Assembly (NCBI GenBank): GCA_027310625.1
Contig: DAIDAM010000002.1
Location: forward strand, 65,123 to 129,122
Direction: 5' to 3'
Source: a bacterium
GTDB lineage: Bacteria; Patescibacteriota; Minisyncoccia; UBA6257; 2-01-FULL-56-20
Length of the DNA stretch: 64,000 nt
This document shows, in pieces, positions 25,673-34,624 of this stretch. Below the pieces are notes generated by a model, which was not told where the DNA came from, searched no databases, and was given only the letters and a program-made list of their open reading frames with translations. Made by a program: the position numbers and the translations under genes. How positions within the stretch are numbered: the first letter of the stretch is position 1; each line of letters starts with the position of its first letter.

Positions 25673-25827
25673 AAATGAGCATGCATTAAGGGCTAATGGT
25701 GGATGCCTAGACATCAAAAGGCGACGAAGGACGCGGCGTAGCTGCGATAAGCTTCGGTGAGGTGCGTAGCAACCGATGACCCGGAGATTTCCGAATGGAG
25801 CAATCCAACACAGTAAACCTGTGTTGT

Positions 25828-25969
25828 CGTGCCTCACTATCGTTCGGCACTATTGCTATCGCGCGAATGGGCGAATTATTACGAACATACGAATTATTAA
25901 ACTGATTCGTAAGTTCGTATCCTATTCGTAAATTCGTGCGATAGAAGTGGCGAGCGGCAGCGAGGCACG
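25828..25969. repeat. 23S palindromic insertion, family A copy 1 (CGCGCGAATnnGCGAAT...TTACGAAC.TACGAAT...TTCGTAAATTCGTGCGATAGAAGTGGCGAGCGGCAGCGAGGCAC)
   Basis: Flanked by complementary GTGCCTCAC...GCGAGGCAC; interrupts conserved 23S sequence before GAAACATCTCAGTA. Confidence 0.6.
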
Positions 25970-26049
25970 ACGCAAACCCGCTGAAGTGAAACATCTCAGT
26001 AAGCGGAGAAAAAGAGAACAATCAAGTCCTCTGTTTCACATATCCCATC

Positions 26050-26235
26050 AATTTGACAGAGCGAATCTTGAGACAGATTCGCGGCGCGAGGAGCGCAGTG
26101 TGCCGGTAGGCACATAAGCGACGAGCAACAAAGAAGCTGGCCAAGATTCGCCTGCCCGAAAGGGAAACGAAAAATTGGCCGATTTCTGTGTTGCTCCTCG
26201 TCGACGTAGCTTTGGCTACAATCTCCTCGTTGCGC
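26050..26235. repeat. 23S insertion, family C copy 1 (GATTCGCGGCGCGAGGAGCGCAGTGT...ATAAGCGACGAGCAACAAA...GTTGCTCCTC)
   Basis: Second copy at 30650-30900. Confidence 0.5.
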
Positions 26236-26341
26236 CTTGAAGTCGTCTCATTCTTTCGCTTTCAAATTTGACGGTATATGTGAAATAGAGGACGTTATTC
26301 CCTCAGTAGCGGCGAGCGAAAAGGGAAGAGCCGAAACTAAT

Positions 26342-26475
26342 CGTGCCTCACCGCCGTTCAGCACTCCATCGCGCGAATAGCCGAATTTTTACGAACGTAC
26401 GAATGAAACCAATTCGTATGTTCGCGCCGATTCGTAAATTCGTGCGATAGAAGTGGCGAGCGGCAGCGAGGCACG
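26342..26475. repeat. 23S family A copy 2
   Basis: cgtgcctcaccgccg...ttcgtaaattcgtgcgatagaagtggcgagcggcagcgaggcacg. Confidence 0.6.
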
Positions 26476-26507
26476 ATTGGGGTAACAAGAGAGAAACGCT
26501 CTTAAAG

Positions 26508-26580
26508 TGTCACGTGTCATGGGTCATGTGTCAGGATTTTTCTTGATACTTGATACTTGACACCTGATACTTTGAGGTGG
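26508..26580. repeat. Tandem heptamer tract in the 23S (GTGTCAC/GTGTCAT/GGGTCAT/GTGTCAG then CTTGATA x3)
   Basis: Direct reading. Confidence 0.5.
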
Positions 26581-26813
26581 AGAAGTTACAAAATTTTTGC
26601 CTAGCTGAATCTGCTGGAAAGCAGAACCAAAGACGGTGAAAGTCCGGTAGGCGAAAGGCAAAAATCTTCTTAGTTTCCCGGCGCACATAATTTATGTGCG
26701 CAGCCGAGCACAAAACTTGTTTTGTGCTCTGGTTTATCTTCAGTACTTCGAGGCAAAAAAACTTCGAAGGAATTAGCGAGTACTATCTCGCAAGGCTAAA
26801 TACTTTTGATGAT

Positions 26814-26850
<37 letters not shown>

Positions 26851-26904
26851 CAGGCCGGTGAGGCCGTTGAAATAGAACCTGAAACCATTTGCCTACAAGG
26901 ATTC

Positions 26905-27033
26905 GGAGCTCTCCGCTATCGCTTTGAGCTCCTCTATCGCGCGAATATGCGAATTCTTACGAATGTACGAATTCGTAAATTCGTATTTTTTTCGTAATTC
27001 GTGCGATGGGGAACTCCGAGCGGTAGCGAGGAG
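26905..27033. repeat. 23S family A copy 3
   Basis: ctatcgcgcgaatatgcgaattcttacgaatgtacgaattcgtaaattcg...ttcgtgcgatgggg. Confidence 0.55.
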
Positions 27034-27140
27034 TGACGAAGTGCCTATTGAAGAATGAGCCAACGACTTATGGTGCATTGCTTGTGTAAGTACCTTTAAG
27101 GGATGTACGCGCAGGGAGACCGAGTCTTAATAGGGCGTAT

Positions 27141-27266
27141 CGTGTCTCACTATTGTTCGACACGTTATCGCGCGAATAAGCGAATAATTACGAACTTACG
27201 AATTCGTATATTCGCAACCGATTTGTAAATTCGTGCGATAGAAGTGGCGAGCGGCAGCGAGGCACG
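27141..27266. repeat. 23S family A copy 4
   Basis: cgtgtctcactattg...gcgcgaataagcgaataattacgaacttacgaattcg...ttcgtgcgatagaagtggcgagcggcagcgaggcacg. Confidence 0.6.
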
Positions 27267-27607
27267 AAAAGCAGTGCATCATAGACCCGAAGCCGGATGA
27301 GCTTGCCTTGGCCAGGTTGAATTTCGCAGAAATGCGGGAGGAGGACCGAACTGGTGGGTTGTTCAAAACCCTCGGATGAGCTGAGGCAAGGAGTGAAAAG
27401 CTAATCGAATTCGGTAATAGCTGGTTCTCTCCGAAATAGTTTTAGGACTAGCGGTGAAAGTTACCTGTGGGGGTAGAGCTACTGGATGATTCGTAAAGGC
27501 CGAAAGGCCGGCGAATCAATCAAACTCCGAATACCGCAGGCCATATTTCACTAGTCAGACTGTGGGGGCTAAGCTCCATGGTCAAAAGGGAAACAGCCCA
27601 ACGCTCA

Positions 27608-27720
27608 ACTTCGTTTCGCTTCATCGCGCGAACAAGCGAATTTTACGAATGTACGAATCTGTATTCGTAAGTTCGTAATTTATTCGTAAATTCGTGCGAT
27701 GGATGCGAGCGGAAACGAGC
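27608..27720. repeat. 23S family A copy 5
   Basis: catcgcgcgaacaagcgaattttacgaatgtacgaatctgtattcgtaagttcgtaatttattcgtaaattcgtgcgatgg. Confidence 0.55.
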
Positions 27721-27954
27721 ATCAGATCATCATCTAAGGCCCCTAAATGCGCGCTAAGTGTTAAAGGCAGTCGTAATCCATAGACAGATAGGAGGTTGGC
27801 TTAGAGGTAGCCATCCTTTAAAGAGTGTGTAACAACTCACTATTCGACTCGCCTCGCTTCGCGAGAGCGAAGCTGGGTGGGACCGCGGCGCCGAAAATGT
27901 ACCGGGGCTAAGCGCGCTGCCGAAGATATGAATCGTTCGCTTCGCTCACTGTTG

Positions 27955-28040
27955 CAATCCGAACAATCCGAATTCCATCCGAATGTTCCGAATATTCGGG
28001 GCATTCGGATGCATTCGTAGGTTCGGATTGCGGTAGCGAG
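27955..28040. repeat. Family B copy 2 inside the 23S
   Basis: caatccgaacaatccgaattccatccgaatgttccgaatattcggggcattcggatgcattcgtaggttcggattgcgg. Confidence 0.55.
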
Positions 28041-28587
28041 CGGAGCGAGCGGTGGTAGGAGAGCATTCCCGTTGCGCCGAAGGAAGATCCGCGAGGACTT
28101 CTGGAGCGGCGGGAAGAGAGAATGTTGGCATGAGTAACCACAATCCTAATGAGAAATTGGGACCCCGAAAATCCAAGGTTTCCGTGGCACTGGCAATCAA
28201 CCACGGGTTAGTCGGCCCTAAGGCGATGGCGAAAGCCGCAGCCGATGGACAGACGGTTAATATTCCGTCACTCCCGCAGTTTTCAATGGAGGGACGAGAT
28301 TCAGTAGATGGAGCGCCTTATTGGTTTGGCGTCCTTGCGCGAGGATTCCCGGCTGGAAAATCCGTCGGGATGCGTTCAATCGCAAATCCCAGCAAAAAGG
28401 CAACTCCGATGTTTTCATTGGGGGAGTTCGTCGAGCGGATCTCCAAGAAAAACTTCTAAGGTTAAAATTGCGGAATCCGTACCGTAAACCGACACTGGTG
28501 GATAGGGCGAGAAGCCCAAGGGGAACGAGTGATTCGCCGTTAAGGAACTCGGCAAAAAAGCGGCCGTAAGTTAGCGATAAGGCCTGC

Positions 28588-28660
28588 CTTGTTCGGATGT
28601 CGGACTTCGGACGTCAGATTTCGGATAATCTGGCATCTGATTTCTGAAATCCGATATCTG
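28588..28660. repeat. Palindromic TCGGATG/TCAGATT heptamer tract in the 23S
   Basis: ttcggatgtcggacttcggacgtcagatttcggataatctggcatctgatttctgaaatccgatatctgaac; the two halves are reverse complements. Confidence 0.5.
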
Positions 28661-29290
28661 AACTAGGCCGCAGCGAAAGTTTTCCTGGCGACTGTTTACC
28701 AAAAACACAGCTCCCTGCGAACTCGCAAGAGGATGTATAGGGGGTGACGCCTGACCGATGCGAGAAGGTCAAGACTGCCTGTCGCATCTCACTAAGGTGA
28801 GATGCTCTGATATTCATTGAAATTAGTTCGCCGAAGGCGAACGAAAATTAATAGAAATTATTGGTGATAAATTTCGCGAGCGAAGCGAGCAAATTTCTAT
28901 AAATTTCAGCGAAGCGAATATCAAAAGCACCGAACTTTAGTGAGGTGCGGCGGAGTGGTTCAAGCCCTCGTCAATGTCAGCAATAACTATAATTGTTCTA
29001 AGGTAGCGCAGTTCCTTTCCGGGTAAGTTCCGGAGCGCACGAATGGCGTAACGACTGGGAAACTGTCTCGACGGCGAGCTCGGTGAAAATGCGATTCCCG
29101 TGAAGACGCGGGATACCTGCAGCGGGACGGAAAGACCCCGGAAGCTTTACTGCAGCTTGGTATTGGCTTTAAGGTCTTGATGCGTAGCGTAGTGGGGAGG
29201 GTTTGAAGCTCCGATTTCGGTCGGAGTGGACCCGACAATGAAACACCCATCTTTAGGACTTTAAATTCTAACCATACCAGAACCCCTCTT

Positions 29291-29390
29291 TGCGCATAAG
29301 CGCAAAGCGCAGAAGGACGCAGAATGAACGCGGACTAACGCAGAATTTTTTTCAGCGTGGGTCTGCGTAAAGTCAGCGTGAGTCAGCGCT
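29291..29390 (+). repeat. Composite palindromic mini-element (ACGCAGA arm + TCAGCGT arm) in the 23S, copy a
   Basis: gcgcagaaggacgcagaatgaacgcggactaacgcagaa + tttttttcagcgtgggtctgcgtaaagtcagcgtgagtcagcgc, closed by cctctttg ... caaagagg. Confidence 0.6.
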
Positions 29391-29630
29391 TTGTTTACTC
29401 GTGAACAAAGAGGGGAAGCTGGTGAGGGACAGTGCTTGGCGGGCAGTTTCAATGGGGCGTTGTCCTCCTAAAGAGTAACGGAGGAGTCTATTAAGGTCGG
29501 CTTGGCCCGGATGGAAACCGGGCTGGACGCGTAAAGGCAGAAGCCGGCTTAACTGCAAGACCTACAAGTCGCGCAGATGCGAAAGCAGAGCTTAGTGACC
29601 CGACCACTATGTCAGTGCTTCGCACTGACC

Positions 29631-29708
29631 GCAGAATAACGCGGAACGAACGCAGAACTACGCAGAACTTTCAGCGTAAGTCAGCGTCAAGTCCGCGTGA
29701 GTCCGCGG
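29631..29708 (+). repeat. Composite palindromic mini-element in the 23S, copy b
   Basis: cgcagaataacgcggaacgaacgcagaactacgcagaac + tttcagcgtaagtcagcgtcaagtccgcgtgagtccgcgg. The right arm is near-identical to the lepA and cca copies. Confidence 0.65.
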
Positions 29709-29917
29709 CCAATGCGGAGCATTGGCTCTTCATAGAAAGGTGGGAGACACCGGATAAAAGCTACTCCGGGGATAACAGGCTGGTGAGATCCGAGAGTCCC
29801 TATCGACGATCTCGCTCGGCACCTCGATGTCGGCTCATCCTAGCGCGGGGCTGGAGAAGGTCCCAAGCGTTTGGCTGTTCGCCAATTAAAAGGATACGTG
29901 AGCTGGGTTCAGACCGT

Positions 29918-30585
29918 CAAAATAACTGAACCGAGGACATCAAGCACGGCGGCTCGTCGCCGCAAGGCGACCCGAATAAATCGACTCATATCGGTGGAGT
30001 CCTAGCACGGCAACCTGTCATATGCTAGGATAATACCGAGGGAAGTTGCATATGTTGAATCTTTCGTCAACGCAAAAAGCATATTTAGCGGGATTTCTAG
30101 ACGGCGATGGGAGTATCTACGTGCGGCTGAAACCAAATACCGATTACAAGTATGGTTTTCAGGTTGCACCGTACGTTATTCTTTTCCAATCGTCCAAAGA
30201 ACGTAAGAAATTTGAAAAGGTTTGTTCCTTAATTGGTCTCGGATACATTCGAGAAAGAAAGGATAGAATTTTGGAATACACCATCGGCAGGGAAAAAGCA
30301 ATCAAGTTTTTTCTTAAAATGGTGATTCCGTATCTGATTCTAAAAAAGAAGCAAGCAATTCTTACGTTGGAAATCCTGGATATGAAAATGAAAATCAAAA
30401 ACAAGAACGATTTTCAGGCGTTGATGAATAAGATAGATATTTTTCGTAATCTGAATTATTCGAAAAAGCGTAAAAAGCATGTGTTAACCTCGTAGAGACT
30501 ACACGTCGATCCCGAGCACATAAAGCGTTGCGTGCTTCGGTGGTGGTATAGTCCGACACTCTTAGTAATAGGAGATTACAGTATG
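29918..30585 (+). mobile_element. Presumed group I intron in the 23S at the I-CreI-type site (between CGT and CGTGAGACAG), carrying a LAGLIDADG ORF
   Basis: Conserved exon sequence GGGTTCAGACCGT | ... | CGTGAGACAGGTCGGTCCC is reconstituted if 29918-30585 is removed; the insert ends in G and the 5' exon ends in T. Confidence 0.6.
30046..30495 (+). CDS. LAGLIDADG homing endonuclease, single-motif homodimeric type
   Basis: KAYLAGFLDGDGSIYV motif; 149 aa; AT-rich; located inside the rRNA insert. Confidence 0.85.
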   Translation: MHMLNLSSTQKAYLAGFLDGDGSIYVRLKPNTDYKYGFQVAPYVILFQSSKERKKFEKVCSLIGLGYIRERKDRILEYTIGREKAIKFFLKMVIPYLILKKKQAILTLEILDMKMKIKNKNDFQALMNKIDIFRNLNYSKKRKKHVLTS

Positions 30586-30649
30586 CGTGAGACAGGTCGG
30601 TCCCTATCTGTTGCAGGCGTAGAGTTCTCTCTGCACAAATTGCACGACT

Positions 30650-30900
30650 CGCAATCGTAGCTATTTTGTTTCGGATTCGCGGCGCGAGGAGCGCAGTGTA
30701 TCCTCTGTGATACATAAGCGACGAGCAACAAAAACAAAGAAGACGAACAAAATAGCACGACCGGAGGAGCTTCCGAAATCGCACGATTTCGGCGTTGCTC
30801 CTCCTCAACGTGCTTTCCAACAAGCACAATTTCGTCGTCGCGCCTTGAACTCGCGCGATTTCGGAAGCTTTGCGATGTCGCGGAATTTGTGCAGAGAGAA
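30650..30900. repeat. 23S family C copy 2
   Basis: gattcgcggcgcgaggagcgcagtgtatcctctgtgatacataagcgacgagcaacaaaaacaaag...gttgctcctcctcaacgtgctttcc...cgtcgtcgcgccttgaactcgcg. Confidence 0.5.
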
Positions 30901-31007
30901 CCAATACTTGAGGGGAGTTGGAATTAGTACGAGAGGACTTTTCTGAACGGACCTCTGGTGTACCGGCTTTGGTACCAACTGAAGCGCCGGGTAGCTATGT
31001 TCGGAAG

Positions 31008-31041
<34 letters not shown>

Positions 31042-31076
31042 ACCCCAAGATTAGGTATCAGCGTGCGTAGCACAAT

Positions 31077-31185
31077 GTTCGGTGTTCGATCGCTTCGCTT
31101 GTTCGATTTGTTCGAATTGTTTTTACTTCGAACATTCGAACTTCGAACGTTTCGAACGCGAGCATCGCGCTGCGCGCGCAAGGTT
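31077..31185. repeat. TTCGAAC-rich repeat tract inserted near the 23S 3' end
   Basis: gttcgatcgcttcgcttgttcgatttgttcgaattg...cttcgaacattcgaacttcgaacgtttcgaacgcgagcatcgcgctgcgcgcgc between conserved CCCCAAGATTAGGTATC and CCACGTTGATAGG. Confidence 0.5.
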
Positions 31186-31262
31186 TCGTGGGAGACTACC
31201 ACGTTGATAGGTTCTAGATGTAAGGCCCGCAAGGGTTTTAGTCAAGGAATACTAATAACCTG

Positions 31263-31380
31263 AAAAGCTCAATTTCGTATTCGCTTTATCGCTCGAATAA
31301 ACGAATCTTTACGAACATGCGAATTCGTAAGTTCGTATTACTATTCGTAAATTCGTGCGATGATGCGAGTGACGCGAGCA
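31263..31380. repeat. Family A copy 6, directly after the 23S 3' end and before the processing stem
   Basis: atttcgtattcgctttatcgctcgaataaacgaatctttacgaacatgcgaattcgtaagttcgtattactattcgtaaattcgtgcgatgatgcgag. Confidence 0.55.
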
Positions 31381-31421
31381 TGCTGATTATCCCAATGCTG
31401 ACTGCCAGCGCTCTGCGCTGG
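31378..31421 (+). other. 3' strand of the rRNA processing stem (pairs with 25523-25566)
   Basis: See 25523-25566. Confidence 0.55.
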
Positions 31422-31473
31422 AAATCCTAAATTCTAAATCTGAAATTCTAAACAAGGCATCAAAACTCTTGTC

Positions 31474-31578
31474 TGCCGGTGTTTTATCTATGTGTGTTCC
31501 ACCTCCCGCCAAGTTTGATTGGGCGAGGCTCGCCCGTAAAACGGGCAGTTATCCTCCCGCACTAAATTTTCTCCAGTG
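31474..31578 (+). pseudogene. Degenerate partial duplicate of the 5S rRNA 5' region
   Basis: gtctgccggtgttttatctatgtgtgttccacctc resembles the downstream tcccggtgatttagtgatatgtgtcctacctc. Confidence 0.3.
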
Positions 31579-31580
31579 GT

Positions 31581-31699
31581 TTCCCGGTGATTTAGTGATA
31601 TGTGTCCTACCTCTTCCCATTCCGAACAGAGAAGTAAAAGCATATCACTCCGATGATACTCATGGCTTCGGCTGTGGGGAAAGTAGGACTCGCCGGGAT
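31581..31699 (+). rRNA. rrf: 5S rRNA
   Basis: TCCCGGTGATTTAGTGATATGTGTCCTACCTCTTCCCATTCCGAACAGAGAAGTAAAAGC...GGGGAAAGTAGGACTCGCCGGGA aligns to the 5S consensus (CCGAAC..GAAGT.AA.C, GAGAGTAGG); helix I ends are complementary. Confidence 0.7.
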
Positions 31700-31906
31700 A
31701 CTATTGGAGAAAATTCAGTGCGGGATTTTGTTTTTGTAATCTCGCTTCGCTCGAAAACAAAAACTACAACATTCCGATTTGTTTATTTTGGAAAGCGATA
31801 TGAAATGTTCGGTTTTTTTGTTTGACATTAGTTAATACAGCGATTATTTTGTAATAAGTTCAGCTGAGCCCTATTTCGCAATCCCGCGGATACAAAGGCG
31901 AAGCTT

Positions 31907-32554
31907 TTGTCACGAAAGGGAATTGCCATGGATTACGCAACCCCGAGACAGGTTTTGCATGCTGCAAAGATGATGGTCGACACGAAGGTTTCAGAAGAAA
32001 GCGCCAAGTTTCTCGAAGAATCGGGGCTCCTAACCGATCTTTTCAAATCCGGGCTTACTAGAAACGGACCGGTGCATATCGCGCGAAACACGTTCCGGCG
32101 GTTTTTGGGTATGGAACCAGAGCCGAACGCGATACTTACGCTCGCCCACGCAAGGACGACAAACGAACTCCTTGAGCATATCCCGCACGACGATTTGCTG
32201 AGCGACAAAAATTTTCCGTATCGCGGGCGTGACCTCGTCGTTTGCGAAAGAGTGAGTTTTCCGTGGACGGTCTCCTACTCGCAGGCAGTGGAACTAGCTT
32301 CCCTTTGGGGTCTGACTCAACTTGAATACGAGGATGCTTTCGTTTGGGCATCTATTTCGTATCACCTGCCGATGGACAGAGAAGGGAGGACAGTTTTTTC
32401 GCACAAACCGGTTTGGGTTAACGGCGCACACATGCTGGTTGCTTTCTATGACGGCAAATTGCAGCCGCTGTGGCAGAGTGATTACGAGAAACTCGACCGT
32501 TCCTGGGAATTCGCCTTTGCTCAAGAGCGCCGTCCGATCGAAGGGTATCGGTAG
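31907..32554 (+). CDS. Hypothetical protein
   Basis: 215-aa ORF just downstream of the 5S; no recognised family. Confidence 0.5.
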   Translation: MSRKGIAMDYATPRQVLHAAKMMVDTKVSEESAKFLEESGLLTDLFKSGLTRNGPVHIARNTFRRFLGMEPEPNAILTLAHARTTNELLEHIPHDDLLSDKNFPYRGRDLVVCERVSFPWTVSYSQAVELASLWGLTQLEYEDAFVWASISYHLPMDREGRTVFSHKPVWVNGAHMLVAFYDGKLQPLWQSDYEKLDRSWEFAFAQERRPIEGYR

Positions 32555-32577
32555 GCCCCCGTTCCCTGTTTAATCCT

Positions 32578-32612
32578 CCCTGCATGTGAGAGCGTGCAGG
32601 GAGTTTCGTTTT
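32578..32612 (+). terminator. Rho-independent terminator
   Basis: ccctgca-tgtgagagcg-tgcaggg followed by agtttcgtttt. Confidence 0.5.
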
Positions 32613-32658
32613 ACATCAAAAATACTTTCTATCGAATTAATGCTAAAATACTAAGAAT

Positions 32659-33414
32659 ATGCGCCGCTTCAAGCAATTCGTCTACGGGTTTTTTTATCTC
32701 GCCATTTTAAGCGGGATAACTTTCGTCGTTTATTCAACGTGGTTTAAAACGGCGCCAAGTTGTTTCAACGGCATTAAGGACGCCGGCGAAAGAGGCGTGG
32801 ATTGCGGAGGCGTTTGTCAAAAAATTTGCCTGCCGTTTGGATTAAGCAACATAGAGATAAGCGGAAATCCTTTCCTGTTCAGACCCACATTGTCCAGCGT
32901 AAGCGCCATGGCGCAGGTCAAAAACACAAATTCCGATTTTGCCGCGAAAGGTTTTCCTTACAAATTCGTTTTCTATGATAATGACAACAAAGTTGTAAAG
33001 GAGATAAACGGGGAATCTTTCATATATGCGTCGGAGATAAAGTATGTGGGCGAGTTCAATCTTGTTTTTGACGGAGTTGAAAAGGTTGCGACGGTTGATT
33101 TTTCCGCCGGCAAGCCCGAATGGGTTCCGAAATCGTCATTTGAAAAACCCGATTTATCGAAGCAGTACAAGACCTATGTTTCTGACGACGGCAAAGTGAA
33201 AGTTGACGGCAGTTTCGTGAACAGCGGGAGTGCGTATGTTCCGCGCCTTACGGTTTTCGCTGTTTTCTACAGCAAATTGGGACAGATTGCGGGTGTATCC
33301 AAGAGCGAGATTGAAAACGTCGCCCCAGGGCAGCAGAAAAATTTTTCCGTTTCCCATCCGCCACTCCCCAATCTTAATTTGTCGGCAACCCAGATTTACT
33401 TGTACGGGGACTGA
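32659..33414 (+). CDS. Hypothetical secreted or membrane-anchored protein
   Basis: 251 aa with an N-terminal TM/signal segment. Confidence 0.5.
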   Translation: MRRFKQFVYGFFYLAILSGITFVVYSTWFKTAPSCFNGIKDAGERGVDCGGVCQKICLPFGLSNIEISGNPFLFRPTLSSVSAMAQVKNTNSDFAAKGFPYKFVFYDNDNKVVKEINGESFIYASEIKYVGEFNLVFDGVEKVATVDFSAGKPEWVPKSSFEKPDLSKQYKTYVSDDGKVKVDGSFVNSGSAYVPRLTVFAVFYSKLGQIAGVSKSEIENVAPGQQKNFSVSHPPLPNLNLSATQIYLYGD

Positions 33415-33421
33415 ATGAAAA

Positions 33422-34501
33422 ATGCTTCAGAAATTGAGTTTTAAAGAAATCTTTCTTTCCAAGAACATTTTTTTACCGCTTTCGGTAGTTTTGCTTTTCA
33501 GTCTCGTCGTTTTGTCCAGCATATCGGAAGATCTTTTTTACAGACAGGCCTTATTTATAGCTCTCGGGTTCGTAATTGTTCTCACTTTCAGGAAGTTTGA
33601 TTTTCTGCCGGTTTTAAGACACAGATGGCTGATTACGGGCATTTATGCCGCATCAATATTTTTTCTGGTTTTGGTTCTTCTTATCGGCCCTGATATAAGA
33701 AATGTGAAAAGCTGGCTCGTTCTCGGGCCGATAGGATTCCAGCCGTCCGAAATTGCGAAGGTCGCCTTGATACTTGTTCTTTCTGATTACTTCAGCAGAA
33801 GGCATTTATCTGTCGCTCGCTGGAAAATAATATTTACATCGTTTCTTTTTTTTATCGTGCCCGCCGTTTTGGTTGCCGCCCAGCCGGCGCTCGGCTCCGC
33901 AGCCGTTCTTTTTGTAATTTGGTTTGGATTCCTTCTTTCAAGCGGCTTGCCGCGAAACAGAATACTTCTTTTTTCTGCCGCATTCGTCGTTTTCGGAATA
34001 CTCCTTTGGAACTGGGGATTGAAAGATTATCAAAAAGACAGGATAACCCATTTCTTTTACCCCGAGAAAAACGTTTTGGGGGCGAATTACAGCGTCGTTC
34101 AGTCAAAAGTGGCGATTGGCTCCGCCGGACTTTGGGGAGAGGGGTACAGACAGGGGTCGCAAACACAACTCGGCTTTCTCGCTGAGCCGACAAACGACTT
34201 TATTCTCGCCGCTTTGACGGAGGAGTGGGGGCTTGCGGGCGGACTTTTGACAATAGGAGCGTTTTTCATGCTCATGTTCGGGATAATGAAGACGGCTTCT
34301 GCGGCTGTAAGAAATTTTGACAAGTTCGTCTGTCTTGGGACCGTGATATCTTTGGGAACCCAGTTTTTCCTGAACAGCGGTTCAGCGCTCGGAATCGTTC
34401 CGGTCGTCGGGATACAATTTCCCTTTTTGAGTTACGGGGGTTCGAGTGTTTTGACTAACTTCTTTCTTATAGCTATCATCTCGTCCATTGGTAAAAAATG
34501 A
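33422..34501 (+). CDS. SEDS-family peptidoglycan polymerase (RodA/FtsW)
   Basis: PSEIAKVALILVLSDYFS, GSAGLWGEGY..GSQTQLGFLAEPTNDFILAA, FPFLSYGGSSVLTNF. Confidence 0.85.
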   Translation: MLQKLSFKEIFLSKNIFLPLSVVLLFSLVVLSSISEDLFYRQALFIALGFVIVLTFRKFDFLPVLRHRWLITGIYAASIFFLVLVLLIGPDIRNVKSWLVLGPIGFQPSEIAKVALILVLSDYFSRRHLSVARWKIIFTSFLFFIVPAVLVAAQPALGSAAVLFVIWFGFLLSSGLPRNRILLFSAAFVVFGILLWNWGLKDYQKDRITHFFYPEKNVLGANYSVVQSKVAIGSAGLWGEGYRQGSQTQLGFLAEPTNDFILAALTEEWGLAGGLLTIGAFFMLMFGIMKTASAAVRNFDKFVCLGTVISLGTQFFLNSGSALGIVPVVGIQFPFLSYGGSSVLTNFFLIAIISSIGKK

Positions 34502-34624
34502 TCCCGTTAGAAGCAACTAACCCTTTGTTTTCAGAAAATGCCCTACATTACAAACAAAAAAGCCGATTACAGCTCAAGACAGTTGAATTACGGTCGTCCG
34601 GAGACAACCTGCTTCTAACGGGAT
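34501..34624. mobile_element. MITE-like element, CCCGTTAGA family copy 2, exactly filling the rodA stop / mltG start junction with ATGAT duplicated on both sides
   Basis: aaaaATGAT|CCCGTTAGAAGCA...TGCTTCTAACGGG|ATGATttt. The left ATGA supplies the rodA TGA stop and the right ATGA supplies the mltG ATG. Confidence 0.65.

Noticed and set aside
31469-31825. 118-aa ORF over the 5S rRNA, and the many short ORFs inside the 23S (for example 28052-28459, 29609-29929)
   Set aside because: They overlap conserved rRNA sequence. Their repeated QRKSASSPR peptide is just the mini-element read in frame.
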